From Candidatus Magasanikiibacteriota bacterium (GTDB taxonomy: Bacteria > Patescibacteriota > Patescibacteriia > Magasanikbacterales > UBA922), in contig JABIEQ010000010.1 of NCBI GenBank assembly GCA_018651085.1, positions 1,688 through 65,687 of the forward strand: 64,000 nucleotides of DNA, read 5' to 3'. Made by a program: the position numbers and the translations under genes. Positions 1 to 9,518 of the stretch are shown in pieces; position 1 is the first letter of the stretch; every line of letters begins with the position of its first letter. The notes below the pieces were generated by a model that worked only from the letters and a program-made list of their open reading frames with translations, made no database searches and was not told the origin of the DNA.

Positions 1-577
1 CAAATAATAATACATCGCTTGGTGTAATTTCTTCATTGTTTTTAAATGCAATGAGCTGATCAATAAGCGTGTTTAATCTCCAAGTGTCAGATCCTAAATG
101 ACGCGATAAGTCTTGAGCTGCGCTCCTTGCAATCTGTCCGCCCCTTCTTTTTACTGTGTCGATAATCCAAGCATCAAGTTTTGTTCCTGAAAGTTCTTCA
201 AATCCTTGGGCAAATTTTTCTTTTCCTAAACGAGCAAACAATTCTTTTGCGACTTTTGTTCTAAACTTATCATTTCCTTCCCAGAAAACAAGAATTGTGT
301 CATCTGGAAATGATTGTGCTTCAATTCTATCAAGAATTATTTGCGCAAGTTCTTTTTGTTTTGATATTAAAAGATTCTCAATAACAACCATTCGCTTTTC
401 CGCAAGAAAGGGGATTGCTAGCATTTGCTCTTGCACCTTTGCCGGAGTTTCAGTTACACAATCTACCATAACGGTATTATACCCTTGCGGATCTCTATCT
501 TCTTTAAACTTCGTAATCATCTTTTTTAATTGTGCTCGACTGCGGAAAGTATCTTTCCCGTATAGAAATAAAATCAT
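1..577 (-). CDS. holA: DNA polymerase III delta subunit (HolA), 3'-truncated by the window edge
   Basis: Reverse-strand translation from the ATG at 577 gives MILFLYGKDTFRSRAQLKKMI...LAIPFLAEKRMVVIEN... with HolA-like N-terminal motifs. The frame stays open to position 1. The listed + ORF 156..584 is its antisense artefact. Confidence 0.65.
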   Translation of the reverse strand, partial: MILFLYGKDTFRSRAQLKKMITKFKEDRDPQGYNTVMVDCVTETPAKVQEQMLAIPFLAEKRMVVIENLLISKQKELAQIILDRIEAQSFPDDTILVFWEGNDKFRTKVAKELFARLGKEKFAQGFEELSGTKLDAWIIDTVKRRGGQIARSAAQDLSRHLGSDTWRLNTLIDQLIAFKNNEEITPSDVLLF

Positions 578-625
578 ATCCTGATACTTAGTATTGATAG
601 ATTCATTTTAGTACGTGTATCGTAC

Positions 626-1762
626 TTACGCAAGTCGCCGTTTATGTTGCTCCCATAAAAGCTCAAAATGAACCCTAAACGTTTGTGCCATGTCTTCGTC
701 ATTAATCTGTACAAATATTTTTTTACTTGGCAAACTAATCAATGTTTTATTTCCATATATAAGAAATGCGGCAAGAGTTACCGTCCCTGGCTCCATCCAT
801 TGTATTTGCGTATGATCTAAATTTTCTAAACGTGGCCCTACTTCTCGTGCTTTATTATTTAAAAGAATTCTTGTGTGTATGTTCTTCTTTGCACGCTTTT
901 CATGAAACTCAACTAACATATCTGCGAAATCCTTTCCGAAATTAGGAATACCCATAACAACAAGTTCTTCGCCCTCTTTAAGTGTTAGTAATATGTCTCC
1001 AAACGCGGCATAAAAACCTTCATTCCCATGTAAGGTATTTGTTTTTTGATTCCAAAGATGTTTAAAATATGTTTTAAACCCATCTACTACCTCTATACTT
1101 TTCAAACTAAAGGTTAGCGGGTTGTCACTTAAAATACTCAAATCTAGTTGGTCTCCAAAAAATGCCATGAGCATAGGAGTCCTAATATTTGAAGGTAAAT
1201 ATTTTGCCTCAATGTTATCAAGGCCATTTCTCCATTGAACCTCTTCTTGGTCTGCTGATCTATCAAATAAAAATTTAATATTTACCCCTTTCTCGCTTAA
1301 TTTTTTATTCCATTTTTTCCAATACGAAGAAAGAACTGGCATCGTACTTAATTTTGATCCACCAAGAATATAGACGGTTTCACCTTTATCAAGTGCGTAT
1401 GCTTTTGCTCGAAGTTGTTTTAGGCTTTCAATACCTTCATGAATACTTACTTCTCTTGGAGCTTCAATTTGCTTTTGCTTAAGTTTTTCAATAACATCAG
1501 CGGCAGTTTGCTTTCTTTTTTCTATTTCTTCCATAAGCACTTCCGGTGCGTTAGCACTAAACTCAGCAACACCTTTTTTCATAGTCTTACTCACGAGCCC
1601 ACGAAAAATAAGATCTTCAAGTGACGTATACACAAGATTTCTATGCAAACCCGTTATATCTATAATTTCACCTGCTCGTGCTTTTCCTAAATCAAAAAGT
1701 GTTAAATAGACATGGCCCTCATTTTTACTAAATCCTAATTCTTCAAGTTTATCTTTTATCAT
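626..1762 (-). CDS. TrmB-family transcriptional regulator (N-terminal wHTH plus C-terminal sensor-like domain)
   Basis: N-terminus LEELGFSKNEGHVYLTLFDLGKARAGEIIDITGLHRNLVYTSLEDLIFRGLV is a typical TrmB HTH. A paralog lies at 24133..24897. Confidence 0.6.
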   Translation of the reverse strand: MIKDKLEELGFSKNEGHVYLTLFDLGKARAGEIIDITGLHRNLVYTSLEDLIFRGLVSKTMKKGVAEFSANAPEVLMEEIEKRKQTAADVIEKLKQKQIEAPREVSIHEGIESLKQLRAKAYALDKGETVYILGGSKLSTMPVLSSYWKKWNKKLSEKGVNIKFLFDRSADQEEVQWRNGLDNIEAKYLPSNIRTPMLMAFFGDQLDLSILSDNPLTFSLKSIEVVDGFKTYFKHLWNQKTNTLHGNEGFYAAFGDILLTLKEGEELVVMGIPNFGKDFADMLVEFHEKRAKKNIHTRILLNNKAREVGPRLENLDHTQIQWMEPGTVTLAAFLIYGNKTLISLPSKKIFVQINDEDMAQTFRVHFELLWEQHKRRLA

Positions 1763-1879
1763 ATTATCATTATTAATGTGACAATACTACTATACTGTAT
1801 TAAGCCTTTTTTGTACATTTCTATCTTTTTGGTCAATATTTTTATGACTGAATTTTACCTAAGTTAAGCTTAAAATACT

Positions 1880-1908
1880 TGACTAGTCTCTTTTTTTATG
1901 ATATTATG
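1880..1908 (+). promoter_or_regulatory. sigma70-like promoter TTGACT-N17-TATTAT feeding islet A gene
   Basis: ttgactagtctctttttttatgatattat lies about 55 nt upstream of the GTG start at 1962. The GC-rich sequence begins right after it. Confidence 0.35.
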
Positions 1909-1961
1909 AGCTCGTCAAGCTTGATAACCGGCCAAACCCGGCCAGAACTGCAGGAACTATT

Positions 1962-2441
1962 GTGAAGACCTTTACCCCTGTCCTTATCATCATCTCAGCT
2001 CTTTTTATCAACACTACGACAGAGGCTCAGATCGTTCAGACCTACATTACGACTGTTACCCCCATTTCCTACGATGGGACGTGGTCTAAAACGACCATCA
2101 GCACAGGGGGAGCCGCCATTCTTGTTCCCCTCGGGGAGGAAGGATGGTTCTTTCGTGGTTTACTAGGGGGAGGTGCGTTCTTGCAAGGCAACTCCAAACC
2201 CAGCGTGCCCGTAGCCCAAGGCTTTGGACTCCTTGGCTATAAACTCACTAAGGAATTTGTTTTCCTTGGTGGAGGTGGCATGAACGCCTTATTTCTTCCT
2301 ACTGGAGACACCAAAATTGTCATGACAGGGGTTAGTGGGGTAGGATGGGCTGTGAATAGACGTCTCCTCCTTGCAGGAGTGATGGCATTTACGCCAGATG
2401 GTTTTGCCCCTGGAGTACAACTTACGATCAATCTATTTTAG
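1962..2441 (+). CDS. small secreted Gly-rich protein, putative 8-strand OMP-like beta-barrel (GC-rich islet A)
   Basis: GTG start. Signal peptide MKTFTPVLIIISALFINTTTEA. Alternating amphipathic strands and a C-terminal ...GVQLTINLF with terminal Phe. Local GC is much higher than the flanks. Confidence 0.5.
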   Translation: MKTFTPVLIIISALFINTTTEAQIVQTYITTVTPISYDGTWSKTTISTGGAAILVPLGEEGWFFRGLLGGGAFLQGNSKPSVPVAQGFGLLGYKLTKEFVFLGGGGMNALFLPTGDTKIVMTGVSGVGWAVNRRLLLAGVMAFTPDGFAPGVQLTINLF

Positions 2442-2526
2442 GAGGTCTGGTTATCTTTGGAACTGACCACCCCCGCTACCGGCGGCGCACACCGGAACCC
2501 TCTTGTTAGGCCTAAGAAGAGAATAA

Positions 2527-2556
2527 AAGATCACCTCGATGAGGTGATCTTTTATT
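2527..2556. terminator. bidirectional intrinsic terminator (gatcacctc-gat-gaggtgatc followed by T-run) between islet A gene and polA
   Basis: Perfect 9-bp stem 2529-2549 flanked by A-run and T-run. Confidence 0.6.
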
Positions 2557-2567
2557 CTCTAAATTTT

Positions 2568-5264
2568 TTATTTTAAGTTCCCCCAACTTTTTCCGATTTC
2601 GTATTCTACAACAACGGGCACTTTGAGTTCAACAACGGCTACCATGATGTCATGCAACTCTTTTGCTACGGATTCTTCTAATCCTTTTTTCACTTCAAGA
2701 ACGAGTTCGTCATGAACTTGCAAAAGAATTTTCACATCCTCTTTTTTATATGTCTTTTTAATATGCTTATGCATATTAATCATGGCAATTTTTGTAATGT
2801 CTGCTAACGTTCCTTGAATTGGCATGTTAATCGCCATACGCTCTCCTGACGCACGTACCTGAAAATTTCCTGCTTGTAGCTCAGGGACATACCGACGCCT
2901 TCCAAAGAGCGTCTCAACGTATCCAGTCTCTTTTGCTTTTTCTAATGTGTCATCAAGAAACTTTTTAACTCGAGAAAATGATTCAAAATATTTTTTAATG
3001 AATTCTCGAGCAACAGCTTGAGAAAGTTTTGTTCTTTGCGCAAGACCAAACGCTCCCATACCATAAAGTACGCCAAAGTTTACTTCTTTTGCCGAACGAC
3101 GCTGATCTTTTGTTACGTCTTCAAGTTTTACTCCATGAATAAATGCTGCGGTAGCTTTATGAATGTCTTCACCGTTTTGAAAAATGGCCATCATGTTTTT
3201 ATCTTCAGCCATTGATGCCACGATACGTAATTCCATTTGTGAATAATCAGCAGCAATGAGTATGTATCCTTCTTCTGCAACAAAAGCATCGCGAACTTTT
3301 TTTCCTTGTGTTGTTCTAATTGGAATATTTTGTAAGTTTGGATCTGAACTTGATAGACGACCAGTTGAAGCAACGGTTTGATTAAACGTTGTGTGAATGC
3401 GCCCTGTTTTTTTATTAATCAATGTTGGCAATACATCAACATACGTATTTTGTAGTTTTGAAAGTTCACGAAATGATTCAATCATTGCAATGATCTCGTG
3501 TTGATCACGAAGTTTTTCTAATTCACTCGCTGCAGTTGAATATCCCGTCTTCCCTTTTTTAATTCCTTCTGTTGGTAACTCCATTTTTTCAAATAGCACT
3601 TCTCGTAATTGCATGGAAGACGCTACATTAAACTCTTCTCCAGATTCCTTCCAAATCTTTTGAGTAATGTCCTTAAGGTCTTTTGCTATTTGGGTTGACT
3701 GCTCTTTTAATGCCTTTGTATCGAGTGCAATCCCATGTAATTCTGCTTGGGCAAGTGCTGGAATAAGCGCCATTTCCATATCTTCAAATAACTTGAGGTT
3801 CTCAGCTTCTTTTAATGATTTTTCTTGCTTTTTCTTTATCTCAAGTACTCGTTGTAGTTCACCGGCAATGAGTGTTGGGTCTACTCCAAACAAACTTGTT
3901 TGATCACCTCCGTCTACCATTGTTTCACCTAATTCTCGAAGCACGATGTCTTTTAAATTATGTGCACGTGTACTTGCATCAATAATGTATGAAGCAACCA
4001 TGACATCAAAAATTTTTGCTGCTATGTTTTTATTGTTCCACAACAATGCCCGCACAAGTTGTTTTAAGTTATGTCCAACAATGGTTTTCTTTTCATTCGT
4101 AAATAAACTGAACAATGTATCATTATCTTTTTTACTTATCTTTTTTACCTCAACATAATACGAATTCTTGTACGTTACAAAAACAAACCCTAAAAGGTCG
4201 CTTTCAAATACACTTGTACCACTAAGTACTTCTTTACACCCCCATTCTTTTTCAGCATTAAGTTCCTGAAAAAAAACAGCACTGTTTTTCTCGTTTACAA
4301 TAGTTATTTTTTTACTTCGTGCTTTTGTTTTTTTATTTCCGCTATGTTCGCTTTGTTCAACTCCAGGTATTCTTTTTACTAACGAATAAAAACCAAATGA
4401 TCGAAATAGATCTGTGACTTTTTTCACATCAAACTCATGCGCCACACATTTTGCTAATGTAAACTTCAGTTCTTTTACCTCGGTATGAATCGTTGCAAGC
4501 TCTTGGCTCATAAATGCATTGTCTTCACTTGCTTCAAGTTTTTCAATGATCCCTTTTTTAAATTCAGTATGTAAACGAGAGTCTTTGTCTTTTAGTTGTT
4601 TATAAATTTCTTCAAGACCACCAATCTCATTAATAAGTTTTGTCGCTCCTTTATCACCAATACCTTTAACTCCAGGAATGTTATCTGAACTATCTCCTTT
4701 TATTGATTTGTAGGTTACCACCATGTTTGGCCCAAAGGTAAACTTTTCGATAACTTTTTGTTCATCATATAATTCAAACTCAGATACCCCTCTTTTTAAA
4801 AGATATACATGTGTGTCTTCATCAACTAATTGTAAGAGATCTTTATCTCCAGTTACAATGACAAATTCAATATCTTCTTTGTTCTTTTTTACTTTTTTTG
4901 CAAGCGTACCAATAACATCATCAGCTTCAAACCCTTTTTGTTCGTAAATGGGAATATTAAACGCTTCAACAAGGTCGTGAGCAAGTGGAATTTGATCATA
5001 AAGATCCTGATCTGATTTTACCCGTGTTGCTTTATAGTCTTCATAAATTTCATCTCGAAAAGTTCCTCCAGGCATATCAAATGTCACTGCAAGGTATGTG
5101 GGTTTAATATCACTCAATATTTTCAATAGCATTAAGGCAAATCCGTACACGGCATTTACCACTGTTCCGTCTTTTGCGGTAAGTGGTGGCAGTGCGTGAT
5201 ACGCCCTATGAACAATAGCGTTCCCGTCAATAATGACAAATCGTGGTTTTTCTGATGTAGACAT
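2568..5264 (-). CDS. polA: DNA polymerase I (5'-3' exo, 3'-5' exo-like and polymerase domains)
   Basis: 898 aa. N-terminus FVIIDGNAIVHRAYHALPPLT matches the 5' nuclease. C-terminal palm motifs RRSAKEVNFGVLYG and LLQVHDELVLE are present. Confidence 0.95.
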   Translation of the reverse strand: MSTSEKPRFVIIDGNAIVHRAYHALPPLTAKDGTVVNAVYGFALMLLKILSDIKPTYLAVTFDMPGGTFRDEIYEDYKATRVKSDQDLYDQIPLAHDLVEAFNIPIYEQKGFEADDVIGTLAKKVKKNKEDIEFVIVTGDKDLLQLVDEDTHVYLLKRGVSEFELYDEQKVIEKFTFGPNMVVTYKSIKGDSSDNIPGVKGIGDKGATKLINEIGGLEEIYKQLKDKDSRLHTEFKKGIIEKLEASEDNAFMSQELATIHTEVKELKFTLAKCVAHEFDVKKVTDLFRSFGFYSLVKRIPGVEQSEHSGNKKTKARSKKITIVNEKNSAVFFQELNAEKEWGCKEVLSGTSVFESDLLGFVFVTYKNSYYVEVKKISKKDNDTLFSLFTNEKKTIVGHNLKQLVRALLWNNKNIAAKIFDVMVASYIIDASTRAHNLKDIVLRELGETMVDGGDQTSLFGVDPTLIAGELQRVLEIKKKQEKSLKEAENLKLFEDMEMALIPALAQAELHGIALDTKALKEQSTQIAKDLKDITQKIWKESGEEFNVASSMQLREVLFEKMELPTEGIKKGKTGYSTAASELEKLRDQHEIIAMIESFRELSKLQNTYVDVLPTLINKKTGRIHTTFNQTVASTGRLSSSDPNLQNIPIRTTQGKKVRDAFVAEEGYILIAADYSQMELRIVASMAEDKNMMAIFQNGEDIHKATAAFIHGVKLEDVTKDQRRSAKEVNFGVLYGMGAFGLAQRTKLSQAVAREFIKKYFESFSRVKKFLDDTLEKAKETGYVETLFGRRRYVPELQAGNFQVRASGERMAINMPIQGTLADITKIAMINMHKHIKKTYKKEDVKILLQVHDELVLEVKKGLEESVAKELHDIMVAVVELKVPVVVEYEIGKSWGNLK

Positions 5265-5366
5265 AGATATAGGGAAAATATTTTTTCACCATATCCATGG
5301 TCACCTCGTCTCCTCCAAACGACGAGGTGGTCCATGCACAGTGCACAGGAGATGAACAAAGACTCC

Positions 5367-5753
5367 CTACGTGAGCTTCTTTTCTCTCTCCATGATGTCT
5401 TCTAACAAAGAGACCGCCTGATCAGCGGCATATCTGCCGATCTCCCCGAATAGCCCTCCTCTTGAGTGTTCCTTTCGCAGGCGCCGAGCTTGGCGCCACC
5501 TGCTAAACCAGATCCACCCGATCCCGGGTGTTGCGGCGCACAGGGCACCGCCGATGGCGAGGGGCAGGATCATGGGGCCGTTGAAGACTCCGGAAAGCCC
5601 GAAGACCGTCACCGCAATCTGCATTGCGATGAGCATGACGCCGATCACTGGTGCGAGCACCAGTAACACCTGCCATCTTCTTGCTCGTGCTTCTGCCTTT
5701 TTCAGCTCCGCTCTGTCCTCGTTGGTTACCGTCGTCGCCAATGCCGTACTCAT
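5367..5753 (-). CDS. hypothetical 2-TM membrane protein (GC-rich islet B)
   Basis: ATG at 5753 is preceded by caggagg SD. Product MSTALATTVTNEDRAELKK...VLLVLAPVIGVMLIAMQIAVTVF... The region is GC-rich and ends in hairpin cacctcgtc/gacgaggtg at 5296-5330. Confidence 0.5.
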   Translation of the reverse strand: MSTALATTVTNEDRAELKKAEARARRWQVLLVLAPVIGVMLIAMQIAVTVFGLSGVFNGPMILPLAIGGALCAATPGIGWIWFSRWRQARRLRKEHSRGGLFGEIGRYAADQAVSLLEDIMEREKKLT

Positions 5754-5889
5754 AGGGTCCTCCTGTGTGTTGTGCATCTCCCTAGTTTGTACGTTCTATG
5801 GTACATGGAAGTCACAGGTACGTAAATAGGGAGAGATCTTGAGTAATTCTCTCTATTATGGTACATTGGACACGCTTGATTTTGCATTT

Positions 5890-5964
<75 letters not shown>

Positions 5965-5965
5965 A

Positions 5966-5999
5966 AGTAAAAAGCTCCCTCAATTGAGGGAGCTTTTTA
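5966..5999. terminator. intrinsic terminator aaagctccctc-aatt-gagggagcttt
   Basis: Perfect 11-bp stem 5971-5996 with A/T flanks. Serves tRNA-Cys (+) and the convergent 6013 gene (-). Confidence 0.6.
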
Positions 6000-6012
6000 G
6001 TATATATTTATT

Positions 6013-6594
6013 TTAGAAAATTTCCATTACTAACCTTTGTGCACCAAAGGTTACAGCTTCTGCACGAGACTTATCAGCATCAATTTTTCCGTTTTCTCCA
6101 AGTTCTGCCTTATAAAAGTCTACACGGTATTGTCCGTTATACTTTTTGTTCATCTTATCTCGTACGGTAAACACTTTATCTCCATAGATATCAGGAAATC
6201 GTACTTTTGTTCCGATAGCAAGCATGTTTGTTGCAATGGTATCTTCTAACCCATTTTCTTCAAACTGTTCACAAAGGTTAAATGACTCAAAGTACGGGAG
6301 ACATGGGTTTCCCCAGTTTTGCCAAGTATCAGAAGAATACGCTGTTGAAATAACTGTCACAATTCTTCGTGGTTCCCTTGTTCCTGCTTCGGGAAAGGCA
6401 ATGTCTTCAACCTGATAGACTCCTTTAAGAGAATCTACTTTGTTTGAAATTTCTGCGTGTACTACGGTATACGTCCCTGAGGCAACGAGAATAGCAATAA
6501 GTGTTGCTATTGTAATCACTGACTTAGAGAGGTTTCGGTAAATTTTGCTAAATAAAGCCTTTTTTAGGCGTTTCGAGGGTAAATCATCAATCAT
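6013..6594 (-). CDS. 3D-domain (MltA-like) cell-wall protein with N-terminal signal anchor
   Basis: C-terminal block LAIGTKVRFPDIYGDKVFTVRDKMNKKYNGQYRVDFY resembles a 3D domain. Start chosen at the Met preceding the signal anchor (MIDDLPSKRL...). The ORF track extends to a TTG at 6723. Confidence 0.5.
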   Translation of the reverse strand: MIDDLPSKRLKKALFSKIYRNLSKSVITIATLIAILVASGTYTVVHAEISNKVDSLKGVYQVEDIAFPEAGTREPRRIVTVISTAYSSDTWQNWGNPCLPYFESFNLCEQFEENGLEDTIATNMLAIGTKVRFPDIYGDKVFTVRDKMNKKYNGQYRVDFYKAELGENGKIDADKSRAEAVTFGAQRLVMEIF

Positions 6595-6998
6595 AGAATG
6601 AATATAATTGTACATGATTACCATTTTCTTTTGAAGTGTAGCTGTTGATATCTTCATAAACAGATATTGATTACCTTGTGTTTTATAACAAAATACTATA
6701 CCATAAATAGGACCTTTTGTCAATAGTTTTAACCCCTTTTTTAGCTTAACAAAGCCAAAATTTTATGCCTCGATCACCCCGTGGTGGACGCTCATATGGG
6801 TATGTTAATACCCCGCCTGATCACTCCCCTAAAAAGCGAAAAAAAATACAGAAAAATCAATCAACACCTTTAAAGAAAAAAAGAAATACTTCTTCTCGTT
6901 CTTTTGTTCCTCTATTACTCCTTCCTCTTCGTCTACTTGGGTGGCTATTAGTCCGTTTTTTTGGATTTTTTGCTCAGGTGCTCCGTAAAAAAGGAGGA

Positions 6999-9476
6999 AT
7001 GAAACAACTTTTTAAATATGGAGTGTTGAGCATGGTACTCCTTTTTGTACTAGCAGTAGTCTCAACCATTTGGATTGGGCGCAATCTCCCAGACCCTGAT
7101 AGGTTATCTGATAGACCAGTTGCTCAAAGTACAAAAATATATGACCGAACAGGCGACCATTTGTTATACGAAATTTTTGCTGATGAGAAACGAACGCTGG
7201 TGTCTTTAGAAGAAATACCTCAAGAACTTATTGATGCCGTCATTTCGACAGAAGACACTGCTTTTTATGAACATCGTGGTGTACGACCACTTAGTATTGC
7301 TCGATCTATTGTGTATGGCCTTGTAGGGAAAGGGCGTATTGGTGGAGGAGCATCAACACTTACACAACAACTTGTAAAAAATGCCATTCTTACAAATGAA
7401 CGAAAAATAACAAGAAAGGTAAAAGAAATACTGTTATCTGTTCGACTAGAACAAAAATATACAAAAGATCAGATTTTACAAATTTACTTTAATGAAATTC
7501 CATACGGATCAACAAACTATGGTGTGCAATCTGCTGCTCAAAGTTATTTTGGAAAAGATGTATCTAAACTCACCCTTCAAGAATCAGCGACACTTGCAGG
7601 CCTTCCAAGAGCTCCGTCAACATATCTTGGTAATCCTGAAGCATTAAAAAAACGACGAGACTTTGTCTTGTTTCGTATGGCGGCTGAAGGAAAAATAACA
7701 GAAGCCCAAAAAGTCGCTGCCCAAGCTGAACCACTAACGCTCTCTCGTTCGTTTAGTAATATCAAAGCGCCTCATTTTGTTTTGTATGTAAAAAAACAAT
7801 TAGCTAAACTTTATGGTGAGCAACTTGTTGAAACCGGTGGACTGAAAGTTATCACATCACTTGATTGGGACAAACAACAAATTGCTGAGCAAACCATTGA
7901 AGACTTAACAGAATCAACACTCACTACAGCAGGAGCAGATAATGCAGCCTTACTTGCCCTTGATCCAAGAAACGGACATATTTTGAGTCTGGTTGGTTCT
8001 CGAGATTTTTATGACGATGAGATTGATGGGCAGTTTAATGTGATTACTCTTGGATTACGCCAACCAGGATCAAGCATCAAACCAATTATTTATGCCGCAG
8101 CATTTGAAAAAGGGTATACCCCTGAGACAGTATTGTTTGATACTCGAACAAACTTTGCACCAAATGCGCGCGCGTATACACCTGAAAATTATGATCTTCA
8201 GGAACGTGGTCCAGTAACTATGAGACAAGCGCTTCAAGGATCATTAAATATTCCGGCAGTAAAAACACAATACCTTGTTGGGAACAATGCTGTCGGAGAC
8301 TTTTTGTCTCGTTTAAATTACACCACTCTTGATACAGATAGACTAGGACTTTCTCTTGTCCTTGGTGGAGGAGAAGTAAAACCCATGGAACATATTTCTT
8401 CGTTTGCCATTCTTGCAAACAATGGAAAAAATGTTACGCCAGTAAGTATTTTAAAAGTTGAAGATAACCAAGGCGCTATTCTTCAAGAATGGAAAGCAAC
8501 ACGAGCACAACAAGTAATTGATAACGATATTATCGCAACAATTACAAATGTGCTTCAAGACGATGAGGCTCGTGCATATTTATTTGGTGCAGGCGGTGTG
8601 CTGACACTCCCAGGAAGACCCGTTGCGGCAAAGACAGGAACAACAAATAATTATAAAGACGCTTGGACTGTTGGATACACTCCAAGTCTGGTTACAGGTG
8701 TGTGGGCAGGAAACACAAATAATAAATCAATGACGGTTGGATTTGGGGGAAGTCGAGTAGCGGCACCTATTTGGCAAAAATTCATGACAGAGGCGCTAAA
8801 AGATACCAAGGTTGAATCTTTCCCAACACCACCAGCTAATGACGCTGAGAAGCCCGTTTTACGCGGCTCACAAGGTGGTGGCATTACATTGAAGATCGAT
8901 AAAGTTACTAATAAACTTGCAACGACTTCAACGCCACCACAATATATTGTTGAGCGAACATATATTCCACCTCATTCTATTTTGCATTACGTTAAAAAAG
9001 ATGATCCTCGTGGAAGCGTTCCAAAAGATCCTAATGATGATTTTCAATATCACATTTGGGAAGCGTCTATTCAAGACTGGATAAAAAGAAAACAAGAAGA
9101 AGACGAAACATGGGAAGTAAGCTTTGACGAACCTCCAACAGAATATGATGATGTCCACTCTCTTGAACTTATACCAACTCTTAAAGTGGTGTTCCCTGCA
9201 CCAAGCAGTACCGTATCAGGAGACATTCTTAACACCGATATTCGAGTGAGTGCCCCTCGTGGTATTACTCGAGTTATTTATAGGGTTGATCAAAAGTATG
9301 TTGGTGTTGTGCGCGAACATCCGTTTAACCTTGTGTATGAGACCGGTGGCTTATCTGACGGAGAACATATACTGACCATTATTGTTGAAGACGATATTGG
9401 AAATAGCATTCGAGAAACAGTTCCTTTCACTTTTCTTAAACAAAAAGATCCTGAACAGAAAAAAGAAGACCTATAA
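6999..9476 (+). CDS. class A penicillin-binding protein (glycosyltransferase GT51 plus transpeptidase) with about 200-aa C-terminal extension
   Basis: ATG 6999 is preceded by perfect SD aaaaaaggagga. GT51 motifs EDTAFYEHRGV, GGGASTLTQQLVKN, RKVKEILL. Transpeptidase motifs PGSSIKP, KTGTT. The in-frame upstream extension back to 6765 is noted separately. Confidence 0.9.
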   Translation: MKQLFKYGVLSMVLLFVLAVVSTIWIGRNLPDPDRLSDRPVAQSTKIYDRTGDHLLYEIFADEKRTLVSLEEIPQELIDAVISTEDTAFYEHRGVRPLSIARSIVYGLVGKGRIGGGASTLTQQLVKNAILTNERKITRKVKEILLSVRLEQKYTKDQILQIYFNEIPYGSTNYGVQSAAQSYFGKDVSKLTLQESATLAGLPRAPSTYLGNPEALKKRRDFVLFRMAAEGKITEAQKVAAQAEPLTLSRSFSNIKAPHFVLYVKKQLAKLYGEQLVETGGLKVITSLDWDKQQIAEQTIEDLTESTLTTAGADNAALLALDPRNGHILSLVGSRDFYDDEIDGQFNVITLGLRQPGSSIKPIIYAAAFEKGYTPETVLFDTRTNFAPNARAYTPENYDLQERGPVTMRQALQGSLNIPAVKTQYLVGNNAVGDFLSRLNYTTLDTDRLGLSLVLGGGEVKPMEHISSFAILANNGKNVTPVSILKVEDNQGAILQEWKATRAQQVIDNDIIATITNVLQDDEARAYLFGAGGVLTLPGRPVAAKTGTTNNYKDAWTVGYTPSLVTGVWAGNTNNKSMTVGFGGSRVAAPIWQKFMTEALKDTKVESFPTPPANDAEKPVLRGSQGGGITLKIDKVTNKLATTSTPPQYIVERTYIPPHSILHYVKKDDPRGSVPKDPNDDFQYHIWEASIQDWIKRKQEEDETWEVSFDEPPTEYDDVHSLELIPTLKVVFPAPSSTVSGDILNTDIRVSAPRGITRVIYRVDQKYVGVVREHPFNLVYETGGLSDGEHILTIIVEDDIGNSIRETVPFTFLKQKDPEQKKEDL

Positions 9477-9512
9477 AAAAAGACCTCCGATATACGGAGG
9501 TCTTTTTTTGTA
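9477..9512. terminator. bidirectional intrinsic terminator agacctccg-atata-cggaggtct
   Basis: 9-bp stem 9481-9503 flanked by A7 and T7. Lies between the convergent PBP and dnaN. Confidence 0.6.
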
Positions 9513-9518
9513 TCATCA

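Noticed and set aside
156-584. + strand ORF of 142 aa
   Set aside because: It is antisense to the well-supported holA reading frame and the translation is low-complexity and non-protein-like.
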